Assembly: GCA_050180745.1 (NCBI GenBank)
Contig: JBFXDW010000002.1
Span: 1-38,056 of the forward strand
Direction: 5' to 3'
DNA from: Bdellovibrionales bacterium
GTDB lineage: Bacteria > Pseudomonadota > Alphaproteobacteria > UBA9219
Length of the DNA stretch: 38,056 nucleotides
Position 1 is the first letter of the stretch. Each line of letters begins with the position of its first letter. Of the stretch, positions 18,744 to 28,011 are shown piece by piece. The notes under the pieces were generated by a model. It had not been told where the DNA came from. It was given only the letters and a program-made list of their open reading frames with translations, and did not search any database. The position numbers and the translations under genes are program-made.

Positions 18744-18842
18744 TGTCTACTCCTTAATTTTAAAAGAACTTAATGAAGGCGGGTATAAAACAAATAAAAA
18801 AGGAAAACAATACCGATTTGAAGAAAATATCAGAATATACAT

Positions 18843-18875
18843 AAAAAAATGGCGCCTCGGATGAGACGCCATTTT
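18843..18875 (-). terminator. Rho-independent terminator after the second PEP-CTERM-like gene
   Basis: AATGGCG-(c)CTC-ggat-GAG(a)-CGCCATT is flanked by an A7 run (T7 on the minus strand) and T4. Confidence 0.65.
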
Positions 18876-18894
18876 AAATGATAAATTAAAAAGC

Positions 18895-19611
18895 TTACGC
18901 TGCTGGTCGAAGCCCTGCAGTGGGGCCTTTCAGAGCCCGATCACGTGCCGCTTTCCCATTTGGTGAAGTCCTTCTCCGCACCAATCCAGCAGCCCCAAGG
19001 AGACCTGCGCCTAACATCACCATCGTCCCTGGTTCAGGTTGTTCCCACGTTCCGGCACAGTTATTGCAAGCGGAATACTGAATACCACCCCACTGATCAC
19101 CAACATAAGAGTTGGTCACATTTGAGGTTGCACTAAAGTATGAACCGACAGTGCTCAAATCACCGTCAGTATAAGCGCTATTAGCAAGACTTATGTTCCA
19201 TCCGGTAACGTCCCATCCAGTGGCAGAACTACCGCTTAGCACAATATAATCACCAAGATCGCCAGAACCGCTACCATTCCGAGTGGTAGATAACACATTA
19301 GAAGAATCAATCACATAATCATTATTTGCGTCATCTGTCGTGGTAATCTTCCAATTGCTCCACTCGTTTACATATAACCTGCCATCATCAGCAGCGGTGT
19401 TATCCGCCGTCAAACTAAGAGTTACACTAGCGGTTCTGGTAGTCGAACCAACAGACCATGAGAGGTCAGTATTCTTATAAGTGAGATAAATAGGCGTTGC
19501 CAGAGCAGGAACGACGGTCCCTAAAACCAACAGCGTCGTCGCAGCAGCCGCTGCAACAGCCCTCCGTGGGCGATTCAACAAGGCTCTAGCAGCCCTTTTA
19601 AACATAGACAT
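18895..19611 (-). CDS. Secreted protein with PEP-CTERM-like anchor plus 24-aa tail (paralog of 17928..18743)
   Basis: 238 aa. The N-terminus MSMFKRAARALLNRPRRAVAAAAATTLLVLGTVVPALA is near-identical to the neighbour's. QPEPGTMVMLGAGLLGAAGLVRRR lies at ~18970-19038 and the tail ends RPAA. The 5' leader (aattaaggagtagacRATG) is conserved between the two genes. Confidence 0.75.
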   Translation of the reverse strand: MSMFKRAARALLNRPRRAVAAAAATTLLVLGTVVPALATPIYLTYKNTDLSWSVGSTTRTASVTLSLTADNTAADDGRLYVNEWSNWKITTTDDANNDYVIDSSNVLSTTRNGSGSGDLGDYIVLSGSSATGWDVTGWNISLANSAYTDGDLSTVGSYFSATSNVTNSYVGDQWGGIQYSACNNCAGTWEQPEPGTMVMLGAGLLGAAGLVRRRTSPNGKAARDRALKGPTAGLRPAA

Positions 19612-20005
19612 CGTCTACTCCTTAATTCTTGTTATTCTTGTTTTTTGAAAAAATCAGTGGACACTGTATAAATTAAATAAAACATGAAAACAATAGAAAA
19701 AAGGAGATGATAATAATATCATTATGACACTAAAAATGGTTAATCAAACAGTTCTCTGTTCGTCAAGCTAACCAGCAATAACTCGTTGTTAATACTTGTT
19801 TTATCGAACACATCCGTATGTTTTTTGGAAGGGAATGAACTCAAACAACACCATCCCGCTCAATAACCACACTATAAAAACACTACTCAGTGAAACAGAC
19901 TCACTCGCAATGAAATAGAACCGTCTTTTATTTGCAGGATTTGCTCTCGTGGAAACCGCATTTGGATCGGCTATACCTTCCTTGTCTTTTTTTGCCCACT
20001 CTTCC

Positions 20006-20175
20006 CGTCATTCCCGTAAAAACGGAGATCCATCTCCGAAAGAAGAAGAAAAATAGGACTTTGCAGAAGGAGGCCCCATCGCTTGATCTTATGACAACCA
20101 TCAGCACTTTCTGCTGCAGCGTTTTGACAAAAATCACCTATTGGAGATGGATTCCCGCATGCGCGGGAATGACGG
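20006..20175. repeat. Pair of inverted CGTCATTCCCG...GGAATCCATCTCC-type palindromic repeats
   Basis: CGTCATTCCCGTAAAAACGGAGATCCATCTCC lies at 20006-20037 and GGAGATGGATTCCCGCATGCGCGGGAATGACGG at 20143-20175. The same family occurs inside the 15136-15776 spacer. Confidence 0.55.
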
Positions 20176-20250
20176 AAATGGTATAGATGGCTAGGAGAGA
20201 TATGAAAGAACCACTCCCTAGAGCAAATGGGTTTGCCCTAGAACAGGCTC

Positions 20251-20640
20251 TCAGGCTATATCCAAGTTATTATGCTTGGCCGCACTTTCCAAGAAAGCCA
20301 ACACAGGACCGTGAGCCTCACAGAAGGTCAAGTGACAGCGCGTCTTCTTTGCAAAATCATGAGCACGCATCAACAAGCGCTTACCCGTGGAATCAATATC
20401 CACCAACTCGACCATATTAATTTGGATTTTATTATATTCATTCTCGCTCTTACGTTTCAACGAGTTCATCATACGATTGAAGGCAAGAGAATCCATGAAA
20501 TCCAGTACACCCGCAATTTCTATATGGAGCGTGTCGGGGCTAAAACTGATGTTGTATCTCATCATAGATATACTACTTCCGATAGAAACCATATGATGAT
20601 TATCAACCAAAGAGCTTAACCAGCCCTTTATTTTACCCAC
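20251..20640 (-). CDS. Stand-alone STAS-domain protein (anti-sigma-antagonist/MlaB-like fold)
   Basis: 129 aa. The pattern LHIEIAGVLDFMDSLAFNRMMNSL...INMVELVDIDSTGKRLLMRAHDFAKKTRCHLTFCEAHGPVLAFLE matches the STAS layout (beta-alpha repeats, IDS[ST]G motif). The call rests on motif memory only. Confidence 0.5.
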   Translation of the reverse strand: MGKIKGWLSSLVDNHHMVSIGSSISMMRYNISFSPDTLHIEIAGVLDFMDSLAFNRMMNSLKRKSENEYNKIQINMVELVDIDSTGKRLLMRAHDFAKKTRCHLTFCEAHGPVLAFLESAAKHNNLDIA

Positions 20641-20675
20641 ACAAGGAGATGCAGCCTTACCTTATTTAAGTAGAT

Positions 20676-21140
20676 TTATAACCGCTTAGGTAATGCTAAC
20701 GCCCAACAAAGGTTGGGTTTAGATACCCTTTTCCAAATCTGGGTACCCCCAAAAATTGGCAGTAAAACGTATCCTCGCAGGGTTAATTCATCCTTCCCCT
20801 CTAAAGCTAAACGTGCGCTAAAATGCTGCCCATGGCGAGGGCTATAAATCCAGCCATTTTCATATCCCCCCTCTTCTTTTTCGAAATCCCCCAGAAACGT
20901 CAGGCCGCATAAAGGCTGCCGCCGCTTAGCCGGATCAGGATTATGATCATCCAAGGATGGAGTCTCCACACTGTCGCCCTCCAGCCAGACAAAGCGGCCA
21001 CAGAATTTCGCTTCACATGGATAAAGCTCAATCACGCCATCTTTATCTTCGGTCTCCCAATAGCCCACAAGCGGATCATCTGCTGCCATAAGGGGAGAAG
21101 TCACAAGAAAAAAAGCTAAAAATAACAAAAAGCGTCTCAT
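20676..21140 (-). CDS. Secreted DUF2147-like protein
   Basis: 154 aa with signal peptide MRRFLLFLAFFLVTSPLMA. GYWETEDKDGVIELYPC..FCGRFVWL...DDHNPDPAKRRQPLCGL...NGWIYSPRHGQHFSARL...LTLRGY matches the DUF2147 pattern as I remember it. Confidence 0.6.
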   Translation of the reverse strand: MRRFLLFLAFFLVTSPLMAADDPLVGYWETEDKDGVIELYPCEAKFCGRFVWLEGDSVETPSLDDHNPDPAKRRQPLCGLTFLGDFEKEEGGYENGWIYSPRHGQHFSARLALEGKDELTLRGYVLLPIFGGTQIWKRVSKPNLCWALALPKRL

Positions 21141-21183
21141 AATCCCCCTTGTGCATGAGTTAACGAGATTCTACAACAAGCAG

Positions 21184-22575
21184 ATGACTAATAGTAATAT
21201 ATTTGTGCGCTTTGCGCCCTCGCCCACCGGCCTATTGCATATTGGCAATATCCGCGCGATTTTGTTCAACTATCTATTCGCCCGCAAACATGGGGGACGC
21301 TTTCTGCTGCGCATCGACGATACGGATCAAGAGCGCTCACGCGATGAGTACGAACAGGCCATTCGCAGAGACCTGACATGGCTTGGCTACAAGTGGGACG
21401 AGGAAGCACGCCAATCCTCGCGCATGGACCGCTACATGGCCGTGATCGAAGAGCTCAAAAGCAAAGGTCGCGTATATCCCTGTTTTGAAACGCAAGCCGA
21501 ACTGGACCTCAAGCGCAAAACGCAATTGGGACGCGGACTGCCTCCGGTGTACGATCGCGCCGCGCTTAAACTGACTCCAGCGGAAATCCAAGCCAAGCTG
21601 GATAAAGGAGAATCTCCTCACTGGCGCTTCAAGTTATTGGATGGGGAAATCACATGGGAAGACGGCATTCAAGGAGCTAAGAAATTTCCAGCATCGTCCA
21701 TGTCCGACCCTGTACTGATCCGTGAAGATGGTGTTCCTCTTTACAGTATTTGCTCAGTCATTGATGATGCCGACATGGGGATTACGCATGTGGTACGCGG
21801 TGAAGATCACGTCACTAACACAGCCACTCAAATCCAAATGTGGCAAGCGGTGACAGACAAGCCCGTCCCTCAATTCGCACACTTTCCTCTTTTGGTAAGC
21901 CTTGACGGTACGGAGATGAGCAAACGCCTAGGCACGCTGAGTATAGGCTCGATGCGCGATGACGATAAGATAGAGCCTATGGCGATCAACTCTCTGATCG
22001 CACGATTGGGAACATCTGATCCTATTACTCCCTGCCTTGACATGAATGAGCTGGCCGCAGGTTTTGATTTTTCTAAGATATCACGTGCGACACCTAAATT
22101 TGACCTCAATGAGCTCAAACAGCTCAGCACAAAAATCCTACGCATAACTCCCTATGCACAAATCAAGGACCGGCTAGGCGATGAGATTTCAGAGGAATTC
22201 TGGAACGCCGTCCAACCGAACATCAACTCACTAGAGGATGTCGATCTGTGGTGGAAAGTAACGAACGGCCCCGTAGAACTTGTGCGCGAAGAGGAAACTT
22301 TCTTGAACCAAGCCGCTGATCTCTTACCCGCTGAACCATGGGATGAAACGACATGGCAAACATGGACAGACGCTGTCAAAGAAAAAACAGATCGCAAAGG
22401 CAAGGCATTGTTCATGCCACTGCGCCTTGCGCTAACGGGAACAGACCACGGACCAGAGCTAAAGCTTCTCCTGCCTCTGATGGGACGGGAACGGGTCCTT
22501 CGGCGCTTGAGAGGATACCCCCCCCCCCTCAAATCCCCCTACACAGAATATGCCTTGACGCACTCCAAAAGATAG
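21184..22575 (+). CDS. gltX: Glutamate--tRNA ligase
   Basis: The track ORF starts at GTG 21151. I prefer the ATG at 21184 (MTNSNIFVRFAPSPTGLLHIGN, HIGH-type motif). It has the KMSKS-type EMSKRLG and a full-length anticodon-binding domain. A C11 homopolymer sits at 22518-22528 near the 3' end. Confidence 0.92.
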   Translation: MTNSNIFVRFAPSPTGLLHIGNIRAILFNYLFARKHGGRFLLRIDDTDQERSRDEYEQAIRRDLTWLGYKWDEEARQSSRMDRYMAVIEELKSKGRVYPCFETQAELDLKRKTQLGRGLPPVYDRAALKLTPAEIQAKLDKGESPHWRFKLLDGEITWEDGIQGAKKFPASSMSDPVLIREDGVPLYSICSVIDDADMGITHVVRGEDHVTNTATQIQMWQAVTDKPVPQFAHFPLLVSLDGTEMSKRLGTLSIGSMRDDDKIEPMAINSLIARLGTSDPITPCLDMNELAAGFDFSKISRATPKFDLNELKQLSTKILRITPYAQIKDRLGDEISEEFWNAVQPNINSLEDVDLWWKVTNGPVELVREEETFLNQAADLLPAEPWDETTWQTWTDAVKEKTDRKGKALFMPLRLALTGTDHGPELKLLLPLMGRERVLRRLRGYPPPLKSPYTEYALTHSKR

Positions 22576-22654
22576 TTAAATACATTTACCTAAGGCATGA
22601 CGTGTCAATGCCAGATATAGCCAAAGACACAATAGACCTAAAGAAGGAAGAAAA

Positions 22655-22999
22655 ATGAGCCCTGAAGAATCATATCAATGGGAACTAGCAGCTTTTGAAG
22701 CTTTTTCGAGAGAAGCTATAAATAAAAAAAACCCTCAATATATACAACGTTGTGTTGCGTTTAAGAAAAAAATAGATAAAGACTACACGAGCAACAGAAG
22801 CGCCACAAATAACACCCCAGAATCCCCCCTGATGAAGGTGCTAGAGAAATTTATAGCCGAGGAAGAAAAAGCCAAAATCTTTAGAGATTCTTTTCAAACT
22901 ATTGGGGAGACCACCTGCCAGGCACCATCCCGCGCAATCCCGAGGGAACCTGGGCGCCATGAGCTTCCTCGCACCGGATTAAGTCCTGCGCCGCTTTGA
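22655..22999 (+). CDS. Hypothetical protein (small, no recognised domain)
   Basis: 114-aa ORF with a good SD (GAAGGAAG, 4-nt spacer). Its last ~33 codons overlap the convergent ORF 22899..23222, so the extent or reality of one of the two is doubtful. Confidence 0.3.
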   Translation: MSPEESYQWELAAFEAFSREAINKKNPQYIQRCVAFKKKIDKDYTSNRSATNNTPESPLMKVLEKFIAEEEKAKIFRDSFQTIGETTCQAPSRAIPREPGRHELPRTGLSPAPL

Positions 23000-23222
23000 C
23001 AACTTCTGGCCCCGTCGTCTTAAAAAAGGTCATGTAAGGATCATCTGCACCAGTGGCATGATCAAGAGCCGCTTTCTGAGCCTTACATGGCCCCGCAAGG
23101 ACGTCCGCCAAAGTTTGAGCATCTGAAGAACGTTTGTTTCCGCAAAGGCCTTGTCCTGTTAAACCAAAAAGGGATAAAGACGCAGCAGCAATAACAACAA
23201 ATTTCTTACAATTTATATTCAT
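22899..23222 (-). CDS. Hypothetical small secreted protein
   Basis: 107 aa. MNINCKKFVVIAAASLSLFGLTG looks like a signal peptide. It has 4 Cys and a GAGG motif 9 nt upstream of the ATG. Confidence 0.4.
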   Translation of the reverse strand: MNINCKKFVVIAAASLSLFGLTGQGLCGNKRSSDAQTLADVLAGPCKAQKAALDHATGADDPYMTFFKTTGPEVVKAAQDLIRCEEAHGAQVPSGLRGMVPGRWSPQ

Positions 23223-23417
23223 GACAAAAACCTCAAAACAAAGGATATTACTATATTTTATATGGATTTATTTAATACTTCCATCTACACGGACGATTAT
23301 ATCCTTTTGTAAATAGTTTCGCAACCATCGGTTTCAATCTTCATGAAAAGGCAGGGTGTTTTTAAAGCCCAATAGATGCTAAACTCCACCAGAAATAAAG
23401 AAAAAAGGAACCCATTC

Positions 23418-24788
23418 ATGACCAAGATCACAGTCTATAACACGCTTACACGGCAAAAAGAGGCCTTCGAGCCTTTGGACCCAACAAATGTGCGTATGTA
23501 TGTCTGTGGACCAACGGTTTATGATTATGCTCACCTTGGCAATGCGCGACCTATCGTTGTTTTCGATACGCTTTACCGTTTGCTGAAAAGGCATTTTCCT
23601 AAAGTCACCTATACGCGCAACATTACGGATGTCGAAGACAAGATTCTCGCCCGAGCCAAAGAGCGCAACATCTCTATCAAAGAGCTGACAACAAAAACGA
23701 CGCAAATCTTTCATGATGACATTGCGCATTTGAACACACTGCCGCCGGATATCGAGCCTCGCGCTACGGATTACATCACGCATATGCTCGCGATGATCGA
23801 AACTCTCGTTAAAAAGGGGCATGCCTATGAAAAAGACGGACATGTTCTGTTCCACGTGCCTTCAATGCCCGATTATGGGCGGCTGTCACGGCGCTCACGG
23901 GATGAACTCATCGCAGGCGCTCGCGTAGAAGTCGCTCCTTATAAAAAAGACCCAGCAGATTTTGTCTTGTGGAAACCAGCCTCCGCCGAAGAAGAAGGCT
24001 GGGACAGCCCATGGGGTAAGGGCCGCCCAGGCTGGCACATTGAGTGCTCGGCCATGGCCGCAGACGCATTCGGTCCTACGTTTGACATTCATGGCGGCGG
24101 CCTTGATTTGATCTTTCCTCATCATGAAAATGAGATTGCGCAAAGTTCCTGCGCTCATGATGGAGAACCTCCTGCAAAATACTGGATGCATAACGGCTTT
24201 CTGATTGTGAATGGCGAGAAGATGTCTAAATCGCTCGGTAACTTCTTTACTATTCATGAGCTCCTAGACGATCATCCCGGCGAAGCCTTGCGGCTTGCCC
24301 TGCTCTCTTCGCATTATCGCCAGCCCTATGATTTCACGAAAGAGAATTTAGCGCAGAATAAAGCTACGCTGGATAAATGGTACAATGCATTGCTCGGCGC
24401 AAAAGATATTGAAGCCACGCCAGAAGTTCCTCCTTTGGTTGACGAAGCTTTGTGCGATGACATGAATACGCCTCTGGCCATCAGTCATATTCATGAACTA
24501 GCTGCAACACTCAACCGCGCAACAACGGATGAAGATAAACGCGCCGCTAAGGCCGCATTGCTGGGTGCTGGAAACGCCTTAGGCGTTCTCTATCAAGATG
24601 CGGAAAGCTGGCTGAAAAGCGGAGCCGCCGACGGACCTTCTGAAGAAGAAATCGAAGCAGCAATTCAAGCACGATTAACAGCCAAGAAGAATAAAGACTT
24701 TGCAGAGTCCGACCGCATCCGCGATGAGCTCGCCGCTCAAGGCATCATCCTTCAGGACAGCCCCACGGGTACGACTTGGAGGCGGTAA
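23418..24788 (+). CDS. cysS: Cysteine--tRNA ligase
   Basis: The track ORF starts at 23376. I prefer the ATG at 23418 (MTKITVYNTLT). It carries CGPTVYDYAHLGNARP (HIGH), the Zn-binding region WHIECS, and KMSKSLGN. Confidence 0.95.
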   Translation: MTKITVYNTLTRQKEAFEPLDPTNVRMYVCGPTVYDYAHLGNARPIVVFDTLYRLLKRHFPKVTYTRNITDVEDKILARAKERNISIKELTTKTTQIFHDDIAHLNTLPPDIEPRATDYITHMLAMIETLVKKGHAYEKDGHVLFHVPSMPDYGRLSRRSRDELIAGARVEVAPYKKDPADFVLWKPASAEEEGWDSPWGKGRPGWHIECSAMAADAFGPTFDIHGGGLDLIFPHHENEIAQSSCAHDGEPPAKYWMHNGFLIVNGEKMSKSLGNFFTIHELLDDHPGEALRLALLSSHYRQPYDFTKENLAQNKATLDKWYNALLGAKDIEATPEVPPLVDEALCDDMNTPLAISHIHELAATLNRATTDEDKRAAKAALLGAGNALGVLYQDAESWLKSGAADGPSEEEIEAAIQARLTAKKNKDFAESDRIRDELAAQGIILQDSPTGTTWRR

Positions 24789-25106
24789 GAGCCGGAACAA
24801 GATTCTGAACTGGCCCTAAGAGGAAAGTATAGCCTAAAGGGTATCGTCACAGATTCTTTAAATGACATTTCATTCCCCTTCCTCAATCTACTGTGTCACA
24901 AAATAAAGACACTTTCTTTTGTAGTGCTTATTAATACTTTCAACAGCTTGTTTTTACCCCATGAATTAAGTAAAGCCTAGCTTCAGATAAGCGGTGCAAG
25001 GCTTATAATGAGTCGCATCCAACTTACCCATATAAACAATCAAGCCCCACGACGAGCACAAATGTCAAATTTGTGCCGCAGGAAACTTCAACCTAACGGT
25101 GTTACC

Positions 25107-26807
25107 ATGTCACAGGACCATAAAAAATTTTGCTTCAGACCGAAGATTCTAGAAACGATGAAGGGATATAAACTGGAAGATTTTATATCAGACATGTCTT
25201 CTGGAATCACTGTAGGATTCGTCGCCCTCCCCCTTGCAATGGCCTTCGCTATTGCCTCCGGCCTTAAACCAGATGCTGGTATTTTTACCGCCATCATTGC
25301 TGGTATGATTATCTCAGGCCTTGGTGGATCTCGTGTTCAAATCGGCGGTCCTGCAGGTGCTTTCATTGTCATCGTTTACGGTATCGTTCAAAGTTATGGC
25401 GTAAGCGGCCTTATAATCGCTTCAATGATGGCTGGAGTTATGCTCTTTGTTATGGGCGTCTTAAAACTAGGAACTCTTGTCCGCTTTGTCCCTATATCTA
25501 TCGTGATCGGCTTTACAAACGGAATCGCAGTTCTGATTGCTCTATCACAAATCAAAGATCTCTTTGGCTTAAAGATTGAAGATCTTCCCTCAGAATTTTT
25601 TCCAAAAATCAAAAGTTTGTTTTCTCATATGGGAACGCTTGATCCAAAAACGACGATGCTGGCGCTGGTATCAGGCATCATTGTCTTTGGGTGGCCAAAG
25701 TTCGTCTCTTTGACAAAAATGAACTTTCTCAAACGTATTCCGGGAAGCATTATCGCTTTGACCAGCTGCACCGCTGCCGTCACCTTCTTGGACTTACCAG
25801 TGGACACGATCGGCACACGATTTGGAGGAATCCCTTCAACGTTACCAAGCATCACCTTTCCTGAGTTTGATCTATCAACCTTGAGAAGCTTGATCTCGCC
25901 AGCAGCAACAATTGCTATCCTCGGAGCCATTGAATCTCTTCTATGCGCCCGCGTTGCTGATGGTCTCATTGATGATCGTCACGATTCAAACCAAGAGCTT
26001 ATGGCACAAGGCATTGCTAATTTCGTAGCCCCACTGTTCGGTGGATATGCCGCAACGGGTACAATCGCTCGGACTATCACGAATGTGCGTTCTGGAGGTA
26101 AAACACCTATTGCTGGTATGATTCATGCAGTCACTCTTTTGATGATCCTTCTTGTCGCAGCACCTTTGGCAGCTAATGTACCTTTGGCTACACTGGGCGC
26201 TATCCTCCTCTTCGTAGCCTATAACATGGGCGAATGGCATGAATTTGTTCGGATGCTCTCCTTTCCACGTACCTATCGGCTCGTGCTCATATCGACTTTC
26301 ATATTAACTGTGGTTGTCGATTTAACCGTCGCTTTTGAAGTTGGACTTCTTTTGGCCAGTCTCATCATCATTACAAGGCTCTCGCAGGTTACAAGTCTTC
26401 AACCAATGTCCGAAGTCGAATCCTTAGGAATAGCGAAAATTGGTCGTGATATTGAAGCCTACAGAATCTCTGGCTCCATGTTTTTCGGAACCGTTGATAA
26501 GCTGGATGCACTGCTGGAGCAAATCACGCCTCAAACAAAGGTCATCGTCCTGAATGTGAGCGCTCTTATCAATATAGATAGCTCAGGCCTAACGGCATTA
26601 CGTCAGGTACGTAAGAAATTAGCAGACCGCGGCGTTAAGCTCCTTCTCTCTGGAGCCATAGACCAGCCTCTAGCTGTTATGAAGAAGGCAAACTTCCTCA
26701 AGGAGATGGGAAAAGAGATTTTCGACACAAATGCTGAGGCTTTTAGCTATGCTGCCGAATTAAGGAAGCAAGATAAAACACAGGTTTCAGACGCTGTTTA
26801 TGCCTGA
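25107..26807 (+). CDS. SulP-family anion permease with C-terminal STAS domain
   Basis: The track ORF starts at 25008. I prefer the ATG at 25107 (MSQDHKK..), which sits ~28 aa before the conserved DMSSGITVGFVALPLAMAFAIASG. It has multiple TM segments. The C-terminal segment IEAYRISGSMFFGT...NIDSSGLTALRQV is a STAS domain. Confidence 0.92.
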   Translation: MSQDHKKFCFRPKILETMKGYKLEDFISDMSSGITVGFVALPLAMAFAIASGLKPDAGIFTAIIAGMIISGLGGSRVQIGGPAGAFIVIVYGIVQSYGVSGLIIASMMAGVMLFVMGVLKLGTLVRFVPISIVIGFTNGIAVLIALSQIKDLFGLKIEDLPSEFFPKIKSLFSHMGTLDPKTTMLALVSGIIVFGWPKFVSLTKMNFLKRIPGSIIALTSCTAAVTFLDLPVDTIGTRFGGIPSTLPSITFPEFDLSTLRSLISPAATIAILGAIESLLCARVADGLIDDRHDSNQELMAQGIANFVAPLFGGYAATGTIARTITNVRSGGKTPIAGMIHAVTLLMILLVAAPLAANVPLATLGAILLFVAYNMGEWHEFVRMLSFPRTYRLVLISTFILTVVVDLTVAFEVGLLLASLIIITRLSQVTSLQPMSEVESLGIAKIGRDIEAYRISGSMFFGTVDKLDALLEQITPQTKVIVLNVSALINIDSSGLTALRQVRKKLADRGVKLLLSGAIDQPLAVMKKANFLKEMGKEIFDTNAEAFSYAAELRKQDKTQVSDAVYA

Positions 26808-26833
26808 TCACTTGATCTCGACTAATCTCAACG

Positions 26834-26861
26834 AAAAACGGGCCTTTAGGCCCGTTTTTTT
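26834..26861. terminator. Bidirectional rho-independent terminator between convergent genes
   Basis: AAAAACGGGCC-ttta-GGCCCGTTTTTTT. Confidence 0.75.
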
Positions 26862-26869
26862 GTTACAAC

Positions 26870-27880
26870 CTACATCTCCGAACGATCTAATTCTGGCAGT
26901 TTTTGTTCTTTCAAAATCGACCATAACTGCTTTTGGTGAGCCTTAACCGCTTCCGAGAATTTAAACCAATCAGAATTCTCAAAATTATCTTTATCTTTCC
27001 ACGAATAACGTTGATCGTTTTGAAAATAATCAATATCAACAGCTGCTCTAAACCATTTATCCTCGTTATAGGCGGGAAGCGACAGCCCTCCATATTCAGA
27101 AATCCTCGCCCGCTCTTTGTAACGCTTGATCCTTTGAGCACGATAATAATCTTTGGAATTCGGATCATCAGGACCAATATCCTCATCAATATCCGAACGA
27201 AGCTGATTTATGTTCTGCTGCAAGACATCGGCCTTCTTTACTAAAGGCGGATCTCTATCAGTTACAAGAAAGGTGTACAAAGCTGCAGCCGCATCTAAAA
27301 ATCGAGTGCGATTATCAACCTGATCATGAAGAAGTCTTTCATCAGTCCAACTTAAAGCAGGCATATCAGGCTGATGCTCAAAAGAACCATGACCAATATT
27401 GATAACTCTTAAAGGACTGAATACAGGAAGGGCAGGATCAGAATTCAAATCATCAAACTTGCCAATAAAATTCTGATGAGCCCACGTGTCAACATAAGCA
27501 TGAGCCGCAATTCCAATCCGATACAAACAACCAAGCTCCAAAGCTGATTGGAGCATATGACGCGCCAATAAATTATCAGGCGTTGTTATCCATGGGCTCG
27601 TCTTACCATCCTTCCTTTTGGCTGTCTCGACCTTCGGATCACCAGGAACAAAATGAAAAACAGGATAAATCCGAAGAAGGTTTTCTCGGGGCCGCAAGAT
27701 GTTCATCGTTTGGCTAATGTAATTCCTGTATAAGGAACCACGATTGCCATAAATGACAAACTCCTCGCAATTATCATCGACCAATTGAGCAGCGTAAGCA
27801 ATCTTCTGCGCTTGTTGAGGAATAAACCCAGCCCGTGCAGCAATAAGGTAGGTAATGTAATAATGAAATTCATCATCCAT
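26870..27880 (-). CDS. Hypothetical protein with His/Asp motifs reminiscent of Zn-dependent phospholipase C / P1-nuclease fold
   Basis: 336 aa with no signal peptide. It begins MDDEFHYYITYLIAARAGF and carries the motifs FHFVPGD, AAHAYVDTWAHQNF and IGHGSFEHQPDMP. AAGGAG lies upstream of the ATG. The functional call is a weak, motif-level impression. Confidence 0.45.
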   Translation of the reverse strand: MDDEFHYYITYLIAARAGFIPQQAQKIAYAAQLVDDNCEEFVIYGNRGSLYRNYISQTMNILRPRENLLRIYPVFHFVPGDPKVETAKRKDGKTSPWITTPDNLLARHMLQSALELGCLYRIGIAAHAYVDTWAHQNFIGKFDDLNSDPALPVFSPLRVINIGHGSFEHQPDMPALSWTDERLLHDQVDNRTRFLDAAAALYTFLVTDRDPPLVKKADVLQQNINQLRSDIDEDIGPDDPNSKDYYRAQRIKRYKERARISEYGGLSLPAYNEDKWFRAAVDIDYFQNDQRYSWKDKDNFENSDWFKFSEAVKAHQKQLWSILKEQKLPELDRSEM

Positions 27881-27964
27881 ATCTTTTCACTCCTTTAAGT
27901 ATACATTCACAATTGTCTCAATTAAAATAAGATGTGAATACAACCATAGTACACTCCCGCAAAG

Positions 27965-27996
27965 AAAAAGCTGGTCTCTTTCGAGACCAGCTTTTT
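27965..27996 (-). terminator. Rho-independent terminator after the 292-aa secreted-protein gene
   Basis: Perfect hairpin AAAAAGCTGGTCTC-tttc-GAGACCAGCTTTTT. Confidence 0.8.
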
Positions 27997-28011
27997 ACAA
28001 ACCGATCAAAC

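Noticed and set aside
19932-20186. 84-aa ORF and the antisense 69-aa ORF in the 19.6-20.25 kb spacer
   Set aside because: Both are made of palindromic repeat copies and poly-A/T runs. They have no RBS and no protein-like features.
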